Positions 28,661-41,477 of a DNA stretch of 64,000 bases are shown here, piece by piece (positions within the stretch are counted from its first letter, which is position 1; the number at the start of each line of letters is the position of its first letter). The stretch comes from Octopus vulgaris. Taxonomy: Eukaryota. The notes beneath the pieces are model-generated. The model was not told where the DNA came from and ran no database searches. It worked only from the letters and a program-made list of their open reading frames with translations. The stretch is from NCBI GenBank assembly GCA_951406725.2, contig OX597823.1, forward strand, positions 107,012,001 to 107,076,000, written 5' to 3'. Made by a program: the position numbers and the translations under genes.

Positions 28661-29714
28661 ACAAGGAAATTGCAGTGTTGTATACATCACTACCCTAAAA
28701 ATGCCACTGCCCTAAAGACACCTCATATACCACGATGAGGTTTCCTCTTTAAAGTCATCCTGCTACATAAATCTTGTAGAGAACATATTCAAAACCCTTC
28801 TGCGCTAACACATTTGTTTGTTCTGCCATACTAACCATGAAAATAGAACGTGGTAATTGAGACCAAAAGATAAAGGTAAGTTCACACGGGACAAAGAGAT
28901 TTAGGAACAGATCTATGTGTTGTACCGTCTTTCTCACAGAGAAGTTCCACCTTATTCCATCGTTGCAGATTGGCTGTGTGATTAAAAAGTTTGTGTTACA
29001 AGAGCGTGTTTCCCTTTTCGATTACACTTCATGGAGTTTTTGGGGAATTTTCCTCTCTAGCCTGATTTTGACTAATAACTTGTAACATTGACATATTGTA
29101 CAAATTTTTTACTTTTTCATTATGCTAGAAAAATTTCAAACGATAGAATTTAATGGAAATTTGAAAAGTAGAGTGTTTGTACAGAAGTAAATCCGCGATA
29201 AATACTGACTGAAATTTTCGTTGGTGATCTTATGAGTATTACACGTCTGTTTTTCTAATTAAAAAAAAAAATACATATAATTAATTCTATCATAGGCATG
29301 GAAGAATGAAATTTTCTGGTGTGCGAAAAATCTATCCATTTTCTTCTTGTACTTAGGACCAGTATTCATTTTACTACTTCAAAAGAAAGAACTACAAAGT
29401 AGGTTCTGAAAGGATTTGAACTCAGAACGCGAAGAGATAATGCCAGCTTTATACTTTCTGTGTACTGGTGCGTACATACTCTTGTCAGCGTGTTACAAAA
29501 AATTATGTCGTGCATATGTACATTATATAGCACTAAAACTATAAATTAATTTCACAAGACTCGAAGCAAAGTTTTGTAACAGATTGTTGTCTAAATTTAA
29601 ACGTGTTAAAATACATTATTCATACTTAATGCCGTGTGTTTACTGTGCAAGCCACAAATCCTAAAATCTACCTGAACCTTTATTTTTTTTTTTCTTTTCT
29701 TACCCGGATTTCAG

Positions 29715-29749
29715 ATCAGCAGGCATCCTTATTTGACTGATTAGAGAAG
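29715..29749 (+). other. Candidate 35-nt non-coding exon
   Basis: Long polypyrimidine tract plus TTTCAG acceptor; AAG|GTGAGT consensus donor; stop codons in all three frames. Confidence 0.5.
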
Positions 29750-30559
29750 GTGAGTCAATTCTAAGAGAAGGAAGACCGGGGGAAATCAATCCCTGCATTT
29801 TACTTGAACTGCTAATCATCGCGGCCTGAAACAAGAAAGACAAAGTTAATCTTGGTAGTGTTTGAACTCAGAACAGCAAAGAGCTGGAATATACATCACT
29901 GAACTACTGGCCGCCTCAGTATACTAATGATTGTTATTCTATCAGTACAAATTGTAGAGACAGCTGACATAAGAGATACCTCAGGATTATTACCTCAAAC
30001 ATTAAGTCTGCTTCCATAATGGACAATTGTTTATGTAATCTATGAAGTAGAATTTCCTATTTATTAATCACAGTATTTCCTCTCAATTGTTTATCTAAAG
30101 GTGTTCAAGAAACTCCATCTGGCTGATAATTTCACTCGCTCACATAAATATGCACGAAGTTATAGACATGTTTTCATACACTTGTTCTGTCGAGCTCTGA
30201 TACACAGAGTAATTTACGTACCTGTTGGTTTCATATAAATGTATCTGCAGAAATTATATAACGATGTTAAATATATATACACGTAGATATTAATTTTGTC
30301 TCCCACAACTCACAGTTAGGTAAGCAATTATCTTCACATATGAACGAACATACATTTGCAGACAAAATACCAAATCATATTCTAAAACATTAGACACAGA
30401 CTTTTGTAAATAAACATAAACATGTATTGCAGTGCAGTACTAGTTTTCACTTACTCTCTCTCATTCTCTCTCTCTCTTTCACTTTCTCTTTCTCTCTCCC
30501 TACCCTCTTTAAGTATCTACACAACAATACAGATCTATCTATCTATCTATCTATCTATC

Positions 30560-30603
<44 letters not shown>

Positions 30604-30606
<3 letters not shown>

Positions 30607-31043
30607 TCTTTTACTCCTTTACTTGTTTCAGTCATTTGACTGCGGCCATGCTGGAGCACCGCCTTTAATCGAGCAATTCGACCCCAGGACTTATTCTTTT
30701 GCAAACCCAGTACTTATTCTATCGGTCTCTTTTGCCGAACCGCTAAGCAACGGGGGACATAAACACGCCAGCATCGGTTGTCAAGCAATGCTAGGGGGAC
30801 AAACACAGACACACAAACATATACACACACATACATATATATATATATATACATATATATATACATATATATATATATATACATATATGCGACGGGCTTC
30901 TTTCAGTTTCCGTCTACCAAATCCACTCACAAGGCTTTGGTCGGCCCGTGGCTATAGTAGAATACAGTTGCCCAAGGTGCCACGCAGTGGGATGAACCCG
31001 GAACCATGTGGTTGGTAAACAAGCTACTTACCACACAGCCACT

Positions 31044-31046
<3 letters not shown>
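30604..31046 (-). mobile_element. SINE family A, full length
   Basis: Reverse complement colinear with 46038-46510, including the internal microsatellite. Confidence 0.92.
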
Positions 31047-31077
<31 letters not shown>

Positions 31078-31079
<2 letters not shown>

Positions 31080-31203
31080 CGTAGGAGTGGCTGAGTGATA
31101 AGTAGCTTGCTTACTAACCACATTGTTCCGGGTTCAGTCCCACTGCGTGTCACCTTGGGCAAGTGTCTTCCACTATAGCCTCGGGAACTGAAAGAAGCCC
31201 GTC

Positions 31204-31205
<2 letters not shown>
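31078..31205 (+). mobile_element. SINE family A 5' part, head-to-head with the previous copy
   Basis: GGCGTAGGAGTGGCTGAGTGATAAG head, with an internal deletion before GAACTGAAAGAAGCCC. Confidence 0.88.
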
Positions 31206-31271
<66 letters not shown>

Positions 31272-31527
31272 CAGACTATTAGCTAGTAACAGATTGGTGG
31301 TTTACATCTATCTCTTATACTCATATACACTTGTACAAACACATACAAACACGCGCACCCTCACGTACACACAAACATACACATGTCTACACGAGATTTG
31401 TCTCAAGTAACAGAGTCATAGCTGTTTTATTAATTGACACACGTTCAAATAGCATGTTTTTATTGGTAGAGAAGCTCTTTCTCTGTAGTAATTCTTTAAC
31501 CTCCGTTTTCTTTATTGCGGGCAAATA

Positions 31528-31965
31528 ATGGCTTCCAAACAGAAGCAACGTGCCATCATTAGATTGTTAACGAAGAAAGGGAGGAAGACACTTTGACATT
31601 CACACCAGTCTGCAAATTGGTTACGGAGATGACATAATTGACAAAAGAATTTGGTACAACAGTGTAGAGACAGATGAAGAAGTTTAAAGAAGGGAAACCC
31701 AGCACTGAGTACAACCCACGGCACTCAGGGAAACTACCAGCTGCGATCACTGACACGAATTGCCAGCGAGTGGATGAACTGATATGCGCGGACAGATGAG
31801 CACAATCCATGAGGTTACTGTAAAATTTGACTTTGGCTGTAATGAATTACAGAAAATGGTGGAAGACTTTGGGTATCGGAAAGTGTGTGTAAAGTGGGTA
31901 CTTCGACAGTTGACGCCTGATTGGAAGGGGACAAGGGTAGCAGTGTACTCTACTAGAAGCGTTTG
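31528..31965 (+). mobile_element. Mariner transposase N-terminal pseudogene fragment
   Basis: MASKQKQRAIIRLL..KKFKEG..PRHSGK..VDELI..GYRKVCVKWVLRQLT (WVPHEL-like motif), with frameshifts. Confidence 0.85.
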
Positions 31966-33303
31966 AACCCAATAAAAGCACGTTTTCATTTCTTAATTAT
32001 ATATATATTTCGAATTCCCAGCATGTGATGTAAATCGTGTGATTCATCGACTTCATCACTATAATTGATGTCAGATTTCTTAATTCTTAGCACCAAGATC
32101 GATTCATCTCAAGGAAACGCTATCACAAAAATATGGGATTGCCGCCCCTTAAAGATAAAAGTTATCGCTTGTACAAAGATCTGAACCGCCAAAATCTTGT
32201 GATTGAAATTCAAATTCACACCCACTTACTCACTTTAACGTTCCCTTAGCATTCTTTCACACACATGCATATATATGTGTGTGTGTGTGTATGTGTGTGT
32301 ATCTATAAATACATATATATATAAGCGTATATAGGTATTTATGTATGTGTTTGTGTATGTATGTATGTATGTGTTGTGTATGTATGTATGTATGTATGTA
32401 TGTATATGAATGCACTCACAAATACAAATTAACCATTTATTTATGTGTACAATTATATACATATAAGACTATGAAACCTATCTGGCTTTAAATTCTTAAG
32501 AAAAGAAATGAGAATCTTGAAAAAATGTTGAATAAATCGAAATAAAAATCATAAAATGGAATTAAAACTGCAAAAGATAATTCTCTAATCTCGTTGAAGG
32601 CCTAAATCTGTCTTTAATCTGATAATTTATTCATAGTTATTGTGTAGAATGAAGGGTGGTTTTTGAAATTTACGACCCAATATCACTGGAAACGTATTAT
32701 ATATATATGCGTATGTATTTGAGACCCTTTGTCTAAATATTTATATCTACGTCTTCAATCTAATATATATACATATATAAATACATATATAGATATATAG
32801 ATATATTTGTGAGTGCATGTATGTATGTATGCAGTATATATGTATGTATTTAAATGCATATGTATATATTTTGTATTTACATATATATATATGTGCTATT
32901 GTATAATGGAAATGTCTGAATAGTACTATAATCATCGCTTTGTTCTCTTTCCACTTCCTTTCCTGTCTTTTACCATACCACCACACCCGCAACCACCGTC
33001 ACCACTATTACCCTCACAACACCCCTGCGCCAACCATTATTGCTCACCATCATCACCATCACCACCACCACCAGCATACATCAACTCTATGGCTGCTGTT
33101 TACGATAAAATTTAAATTCTCAAGAAACCATTATTATTCTTTGACTAATCTTTTAAATTATACAAATAATTTATTCTGCCTTTTCAAAAGAAAAGAAATG
33201 AAAGTAAAATTACTTATTTTTAAGGTTTATCTTATCTCAAAGTTCCTCAGAATTGGACTGGCATGTGTTTTTGTTTGAGTACATACACACAAATATACAT
33301 ACA

Positions 33304-33403
<100 letters not shown>

Positions 33404-33637
33404 CATATATAATACATATATGTATATATATATACGTACATAAACACATACATACATATATATACATACGTATACATACACACCCACACGCACATATATT
33501 TATGTTCGTGTGTATAGATGTTTATGCATGTAGAGTGAGGGTGAATCATGGTAATTTCTTAAGAATTTTCATCATTTCTCGATTGTTCTTATGTGCATTC
33601 ATGTGTGTGAGTGGTGTATATATATATATATATATAC

Positions 33638-33694
<57 letters not shown>

Positions 33695-34231
33695 TACACT
33701 CACACGTACATATATAATGCATATCATTTTACTTGATTGAGCACGTGTTGGAGTGTGAGGGTGTGTGTGAGATAGAGAGAGAACGATCGAGAGGGTAAGA
33801 GGTGGGGGAGTTATTAGAAAGAATAATTTTCAACTTATCTGATGAAATTTTCTTATCAAAATTTCTTCATTCTTTGTGTCATATTACTTTTATTTATTTA
33901 TTTTTAATTTTTTTTTTTTTTTTTGCAGTGATTTATCTCAATGTAACCTCTGAGCCACATGTTGAAAATGGCTGTGTGGTTGATGTTCTTATAAACTAGG
34001 GTCTGAAATTTTCGGGCTGACTACGCTCATCCCGATTATACATAATAGCATAATCACGATAATTGTGGTTCTATACATATCAGTTTTAGTGCTAGTTATT
34101 AATTTCATTGTTGTTATTGTTGGTATTTTTTTTTATTTTGTTGCTCCTACTGTTGTTGCTATATAGTATAGTAAGTTAGTGAGCTACATGGAGTTAGTAT
34201 ACTATCCTATGAATATTTCTGCCTAGTTAGT

Positions 34232-35330
34232 CTAGCTTCATTATAGTTTTAGTAATTAATCTATTTATCCATTTCTATAGTGTTCCACCCTCCTGTTCAT
34301 ATTATTATTATTTTTATAAAGGCCTTTATCTAAGTGACCCTCCCAATTAAGTACCCCTAAGAAACTATATTATCACGTATGTATTAACTCTGTAAACTTC
34401 TAAAACTTATATTACACCTCTCAGTTTATAATCAATATATAGTTAGCATATATTAATTATAGCCTCAATATTCCTCTAGTAAATACCAGGTATTAGTCTT
34501 TATAGATACCACCGAATAACTAATAACTAATAATTTAGTTTAAATAATCGAATTATTAAACAGCTTCTATATAATCTTCTCTTTTCCATTGATGATAATA
34601 AGGTATATATACTTCATCGTGGTTTTTAGTGATTAAACTATTCATTCCTTTCTATGGTGGTCTACCCTACTGATCATATTATTAATGTTTCAATAGCCTT
34701 TATGTAAGTAAATCTAATGTTTGTACCCCTAGAAATTTATATTATCTTATATATAACAGCACCGGAAACTCCACAACTTAAATTATAATTATTATTATGT
34801 AGTTAGCCTGTTCTATCGCCCCAGTATTCCTTTATTAAATTGCCAGTAAATGCAAGCGATCAATCTTCATAGATACCACCTAACAAGTAAATATTTAAGT
34901 ATGTGAATAAATATTAAATTAATTCTATGTGGGGAAGGCGCATGGCTCAGTGGTTAGAGCGTCGAGCTTACGATCGTGAGGTTGTGAGTTCGAATCCCGG
35001 ACTAGGTTGCGTGTTGTGTTCTTGAGCAAGACACTTTATTTCACGTTGCTCCAGTTCACTCAGCTGTAGAAACGAGTTGCGACGTCAATGGTGCCAAGCT
35101 GTATCGACCTTTGTCTTTCCCTTTGATAACACTGGTGGCGTGGAGAGGGGAGGCCGGTATGCATGGGCGACTGCTGGTCTTCCATAAACAACCTTGCCCG
35201 GACTTGTACCTGGGAGGGTAACTTTCTAGGTGCAATCCCACGGTCAGCCGTGACCGAAGGGGTATCAATAATTCTATGTAATTTTTTTCTTTCTCTATTG
35301 TTGTAAATTTTGGTTTATACTCAAAATTAT
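34232..35330. repeat. Diverged tandem duplication, unit about 377 bp, second unit interrupted by a SINE
   Basis: Matching words TCTAT.GTG (34274/34651), GTACCCCTA and ATAGATACCACC in both units. Confidence 0.7.
34931..35268 (+). mobile_element. SINE family C, full length, with 11-bp TSD
   Basis: A-box TGGCTCAGTGG and B-box GTTCGAATCC; TSD TAATTCTATGT at 34920-34930 and 35269-35279. Confidence 0.93.
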
Positions 35331-35991
35331 TCAAAAATTTATCATTTTGGTTATAATAATTTGGTTATTATAATAACCCTAAATTTTATCTTTTTACAAT
35401 ATAGCAATATTTTGTAAATCATTCAACTATAGTACCCAAGATAAACATTTCCCCTGTATTATCATCATTAATTTTATTAGTCTTGCCCCTTTAACTGGCA
35501 ATTAACATCTTGATTTAAGATCTTCCTTTACCAAACTTCATTATAGCCAGTTACTTAATACTACTTCAAAATAATCTCGACAAATTTTACGACTATACCC
35601 ACTATGATTCTGTCATCTTCCTCATACCCTTTCCTAACAGATACTGCTCTATTGTCTTAGATTTTGATATACAAGGATTTTGGTAAACTAAGACTATATA
35701 AATCATAACCGACCCCAAAAATCAGTGATAAGCTAGAACCGTAGCAAGTTTCTTTCTTTTTTTCCTGATGTCTTAGTAGCTTCTAAGCTGAAGTGAAAAC
35801 AGCATGGACTTTGTCTTCTTACCGTCTTTGAGGATTTAAGTAAAATTATACAAATGTGTCCGAATGTTTAAATTAATTCTATATATTTATCTATGCATTC
35901 AAACTGATGTAATGATTGCATTGTTCATTCAAATGGAGCCGCTTGAAACGGTCGAACTGCCTCACCTCTGGATATCCTGTCACTTATTTTG

Positions 35992-36023
<32 letters not shown>

Positions 36024-36087
36024 ACAGAGAGACAGACAGACGGACAGACAGGTAGACAGACATACATATATATATATAGATATATAT

Positions 36088-36122
<35 letters not shown>

Positions 36123-36564
36123 AAGAGTGTGTGTTGCCTCGCTTTTACTCTATTCTGTCAATCGACTACCGAAAAATAGCAACCGAATATCCACCAAACA
36201 GCCTAATCTCTGAGACAAGAAGTGAAATATTCAACAGTGTTGTTCTAGTTTTAAGCAAAACTGAGCTGGTCACGGCTGGAATGCCTCCGATCATATCTAT
36301 TTTGCACGTTTAAATATAACATTATTACTCCAATCAAGTTTATCAGTCAGATCATTTGAAATAAATATTTCAAGTCAGCGAATGTCTTTTATTGATTATT
36401 ATCAATATTACCTATTAGAGTACCTCTAGAGTTATAGACTGAGCTTATTGATAATCTAACAAACTTTAATAGCGCTTAACTGACGTCATTACAAAACTGA
36501 CAATTGAAATAATCTCTCCGCCCACGTAATCAACCACATGATGTAGAATTGCTGAAAAATACAG

Positions 36565-36720
36565 AAAGCGGCGAACTGGCAGAATCATTAAAACGTTGAA
36601 TAAAATGCTTCACCTCTGTGCGTTCTTAGTTCAAATCCAGCTGGGATTAACTTTGTCTTTCGTCTGTTCAGAGTCGATCAAAAAATAAAAAAGAAAAGAA
36701 AAGAAGGGAGTACCAGTCCA
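36565..36720 (+). mobile_element. Degraded SINE family B
   Basis: GCGGCGAACTGGCAGAATC head and GTTCAAATCC. Confidence 0.65.
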
Positions 36721-37275
36721 GGGCGATGGATGGATTAAACTATTAGTGGGTCGGAGAAAATAACTCGTGGAGTCTGTTTTGAAAGCAACACTTGCGATAA
36801 CACGGGTGCCCCGCTGAATCGGACATATCAGTGGATTGACATTTTACTCTTCAGATACTAAACCACCCGAGGTTGCCTTTGGTTTTCGGATACAAACTTC
36901 TTGTTCTAAAGAGATTTCAATTATAACTAGCAATTAAAATTTCATGTTAATTTATCTTCTAAATATGAGCCTAATAACGATGCAGTTGTTTTATTATATC
37001 CTTCAATATTTTCAAAACTAATTAAAAAGAAAACTATTTTCTATGGAACGCTTTGATTAATATTACCTTCTGGTGACCCCCACCCCTAGTCATTCGTTGT
37101 TGAGAAACTAGTCGTATTAATGCTTCTCCCAAAATTCCTATTTTGGAATTCAAGCATTAATTTGTGTAGGTTGAACTATGTAAAACATCAGAGAAAGAAG
37201 TTTAACCGTTTCTTACAATAAATACATGTAAATCAAAACTTTTTCATGAACTCTTAATATACAACTGTGGATCCC

Positions 37276-37330
<55 letters not shown>

Positions 37331-37333
<3 letters not shown>

Positions 37334-37562
37334 CGTCACCGTGACCGACCAGGCTATCAGATGTTGTTTTCAGGCCAACAGAAGAAAGAGTGAGATAAAG
37401 TTATGGCGAAAGAGTACAGCAGGGATCGCCCCCCCCCCCCCCACCCTGCAGGACCCTCGTTGAGTTTTAGGTGTTTTCACTCAATAAACAATCACAACGC
37501 CCGATCTGGGGATCGAAACCGCGATCCTACGACCGCGAGTCTGCTGGGCCATTGCGCCTCCA
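37331..37562 (-). mobile_element. SINE family D, internally deleted
   Basis: Matches 23431-23740 at both ends. Confidence 0.85.
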
Positions 37563-37571
37563 TATTTATAA

Positions 37572-37614
<43 letters not shown>

Positions 37615-37663
37615 ATAGGAAAGAATGGAGCTGAACGAAGATTTAACAAAGTTCCTTTATTTT

Positions 37664-37749
37664 ATTTTCGACATATGTTTCGAAGTCTGCAAAGTCCCTA
37701 ATTCCGAGTGAATAAGGAGTCCATTATGCAGCTTTCTCTTCAGGAAAAT
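37664..37749 (-). ncRNA. Type I hammerhead ribozyme, mirror copy in the left arm
   Basis: Reverse complement of the 37796-37881 motif with an intact core. Confidence 0.78.
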
Positions 37750-37795
37750 CGTCGAAAAGCTTGTTGTGCATTTTGTTGGAGAATTAAGTTCCTGG

Positions 37796-37881
37796 ATTTT
37801 CCTGAAGAGAAAGCTGCATAATGGATTCCTTATTCACTCGGAATTAGGGACTTTGCAGACTTCGAAACATATGTCGAAAAT
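37796..37881 (+). ncRNA. Type I hammerhead ribozyme (palindromic stem III, extended stem II)
   Basis: Stem I ATTTTC/GAAAAT; core CTGAAGA at 37802-37808 and GAAA at 37864-37867; ACATATGT; predicted GUC cleavage after 37875. Confidence 0.8.
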
Positions 37882-38079
37882 AAAATAAAGGAACTTTGTT
37901 AAATCTTCGTTTAGCTCCATTCTTTCCTATACTTAATATATAAAACTTCAAATTTCCGCACTAAGGCACGGATTTTATGCCCCATGGTCGTAACTTCAAC
38001 CGTGCCTTTTCTGTTGTGAGTTTGCTACCCAGGTATCGGTTATCTTTCGAATTATCCGTAATAAGATCATTCATTTGTC

Positions 38080-38114
<35 letters not shown>

Positions 38115-38330
38115 ATAATAAAAGGGTAAAATCAATTAATTATTAATTAATTTCAGCAAGTAGTGTTCAGTATGTAAAAGGACCATTCAAGGTATATTTA
38201 AAATATATTTAAAATATCACGTTATATAATTAGGGTTCAGTAAAATAATTTACTTTACCACACACTGAAACTTTTAGAAATAGCAGCCAAAAAGTTTTTT
38301 TAGCTATTTCTTCTACTATAAGAAAAATCT

Positions 38331-38414
<84 letters not shown>

Positions 38415-39137
38415 TGTATAGACTTTAAAAGATAACGAAACACACCATGTAATTAAATGGAAAGTAATTGAGAAATCCACACCTTATGTTAATGGCTCGA
38501 ATAAATGTAGACTTTGTTTGGCTGAAAGACCGCAGATCTTATTCAGATCAAAGATCCCTAACTCGCTATTGAACTCCAGGTCAGAAATTTGAAGTGGTTG
38601 CCTGCATATTTACCTTCCAATGAATTTCTTTAGTTCCTTATGATATGTGGTTTGCGAGCGAAGAATATGTTTGAATTCTCTCAACATATGGAACTATTAG
38701 TAGCGCTTTAATACATGTTTTGTGGCCTTTTAATAAATAAAAAAATATATGTACGTATGTAAACAGACACGCACACACATACGTAGACATATGTGCGTGT
38801 ATTTGTGTATCAGATGTAAGTTTTTAAAAGCCCCTCGGATTGATTGAACTTGTAGTTCATAACTTCAGCATAGTCATATGTTGCATGACGATGTTTCTCC
38901 TTGAAGAGCATGGGTACCTGTAAATACGCAGGTATCCCATAAGTTAATCCAATGCTTTCATCATTCAGTTCATCGAACAATCCAACACTCATCCTCGAAA
39001 TCCACGAAATCGTGCGCCATCGCGCGCACACACACACACACACGCATGTTTATGAATAAAGAAGCGCTGGGAAGAGAAAGAGATGCATATATTTTGCGTG
39101 GTTTAAGCAAATTGGTATCTGTAATATTTATCCTTAT

Positions 39138-39186
<49 letters not shown>

Positions 39187-40064
39187 TATGAGTAATTATG
39201 AGTAATTGCACTTTGTTGGATATCTCTGGTCACGAAATGGTAAAATAGTTGGTTCTGTTCGTCATATTTCAGTGAAACATGGTGGTACAGATCGATGAAT
39301 GCTCAGTGTTAAGTACAATGGTAAGCAAGCAAATAAATAGAAGAATAACTCGTGCTAGTAATGTTATCACTTTGAACTAAAAGCATTTGTATATATTTAA
39401 ACGGTGATAGATTTTATACAAAAACACACGTTATATATACAAATGTGCATGTTTTTGCATGTATGTATAAATAAATATACCTACATGAATATATAGATGT
39501 GTGTGGTATTTGTGCGTATGTGCATATATCTGTATGTATGTATGTATGTATGTATACATATGTATGTATGTGTGTGTGTAAGTAAATTGGTATGTCTTTG
39601 TCCCTTTATGCGTTTCTTTGTACATATCCAGAAGAAAGTAGATATTTGTATGGGCACTCATATTTTTTAGGGAGCATTCGTGAGCAATTACGAGTGTGCA
39701 TTTGTATCACCTGAATGGTTGATAAGGTCATGTTTCTGATTTATGGATTGTTAACAAACAGTTAAACCTTTTGAGATATCGGGCCGGATTTCGTTATCTT
39801 TTACTCCTAATCGCTGACTATTTTGCGATAAAGCAACAAATCCACGCTCCCTTGGCTCGGTAGCTCACTGATAGCATCAAGATGTAATGCCATCTTTTAA
39901 TTTTCGCATCTCTGTGATTGATAACACATCCATACACAAATAGAGGTGTACCTACACACAAATCTACACCTTCATAAACGCCTATATACATTCACAAACA
40001 CACACACACATATTGATTACTTAAAGCGATATAAGGTCCTTTGTCCAAACATGTGCACACGCAC

Positions 40065-40098
<34 letters not shown>

Positions 40099-40429
40099 GT
40101 ACACATACATGTGTATACACATATATATTTATGCATATATAATATATATATATATATATACGTATATATATACGTATATGTTATATATTATGCATATATA
40201 ATATATATATATATACATATATGTTATATATTATGCATATATAATATATATGTTTCATAATATAATGGCCCGTCTATTAAAGTATGTACCAATGTGAATG
40301 ATGTATTTGTGTGTGTGTGTATATGTGCGTGTGAGTGTATCTGTATTTTTGTGTTACTTTGTGAGTTTGTGAGCTTTTTTTTAATGTTCTTGTGTTATGT
40401 AGTAGACCTTGGGATCAATTTGCGCAACT

Positions 40430-40900
40430 CACCTTTATCGAGTTACCCAAAAAGAAATATCCAAACAATATTATCTTTGAGCCTTAATCATTGGATGAAA
40501 AATATGATCCTGTGTTTGAAGAAATATCAATCGCAATACAGTAACAAAGTCCCCAGATTATGTTAAAAAAAAGAAACTATATAGATTCTAGAACAGTTAC
40601 AGTTGTTTGACAGTAAATCAAATCTATGAAGTTACGCAATGTTAAGCGAGGTCTATACACTTCACAACCGAGTAATTATCTGTGAGGTATACACGTGTAT
40701 AAAAAAAACTGCTGTTGTATACATTCTGTATAAATGTTTTTATTGCTTCGTATAGGGGAACTATATCTTTATATTTGTTATAATACGAAAGTGAAGTTCG
40801 GAATTAATCTTACCGTTTTTGCAGAGGAATCTAAAGAACCCGCAAAAAGATATGGGTAAAAAAATATTCAAACGGTTGTGTTACTGTTCATTGTAATTAA
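40430..40900 (+). mobile_element. Possible highly decayed Penelope-like thumb/GIY-YIG remnant
   Basis: Weak motifs YPKRNI and AVVYILYKCFYC..G; many stops. Confidence 0.25.
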
Positions 40901-40994
40901 TAGTTGAGAAAGTTTCATAGTTTTACAGACATTAAATGATTCCATTCCTAAATAGCTTTCATTTACAGGATAAAAATTTCACGATTTAAAGAGA

Positions 40995-41150
40995 GCAGAG
41001 TTGTTAGATCAGTCCATTACGTTTTGAGTTCAAATCCTGAAAAGATCGACTTTTTCTTTCAGCTTCCTTTTGGTGGTGGATTGATAAATTAAGTACCTGT
41101 CAAATTTCATGGTTGATATAATCGACAGTTCTCTCTCAACAAAATAATTA
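40995..41150 (+). mobile_element. Degraded SINE family B followed by (ATT)n at 41160-41370
   Basis: TTACGTTTTGAGTTCAAATCC and GATAAATTAAGTACC. Confidence 0.6.
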
Positions 41151-41164
41151 CCTAAAAATATTAA

Positions 41165-41240
<76 letters not shown>

Positions 41241-41280
41241 TTTATTATTTTTATTATTATTATCATTATTATCATTATTA

Positions 41281-41327
<47 letters not shown>

Positions 41328-41477
41328 TTTATTATTTTTATTATTATTATTATCATTATTATTATTATTTGTTTGAGGCGGTATCATGGCCAATGAGGTG
41401 TACACGAGGCGTGGTTATTGCTAGTTGAAAACAAATGTCAAAAGTGGAATATATTGGTTAGATTCCATATTTTTTAT

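Larger units (their letters stand above)
37611..38080. mobile_element. Penelope-type inverted pLTR remnant: 140-bp inverted repeat plus unique tail, in (TA)n
   Basis: Arms 37611-37750 and 37795-37934 match at 138/140; 44-nt spacer. Confidence 0.85.

Noticed and set aside
34931-35005. tRNA gene calls for SINE heads (also 5800, 19443, 23670, 55124)
   Set aside because: A and B boxes are present, but there is no complete acceptor stem and each continues into a SINE body
38810-39043. 77-aa minus-strand ORF with protein-like composition
   Set aside because: No recognisable motif, starts in (TG)n, and has no convincing splice-site pair
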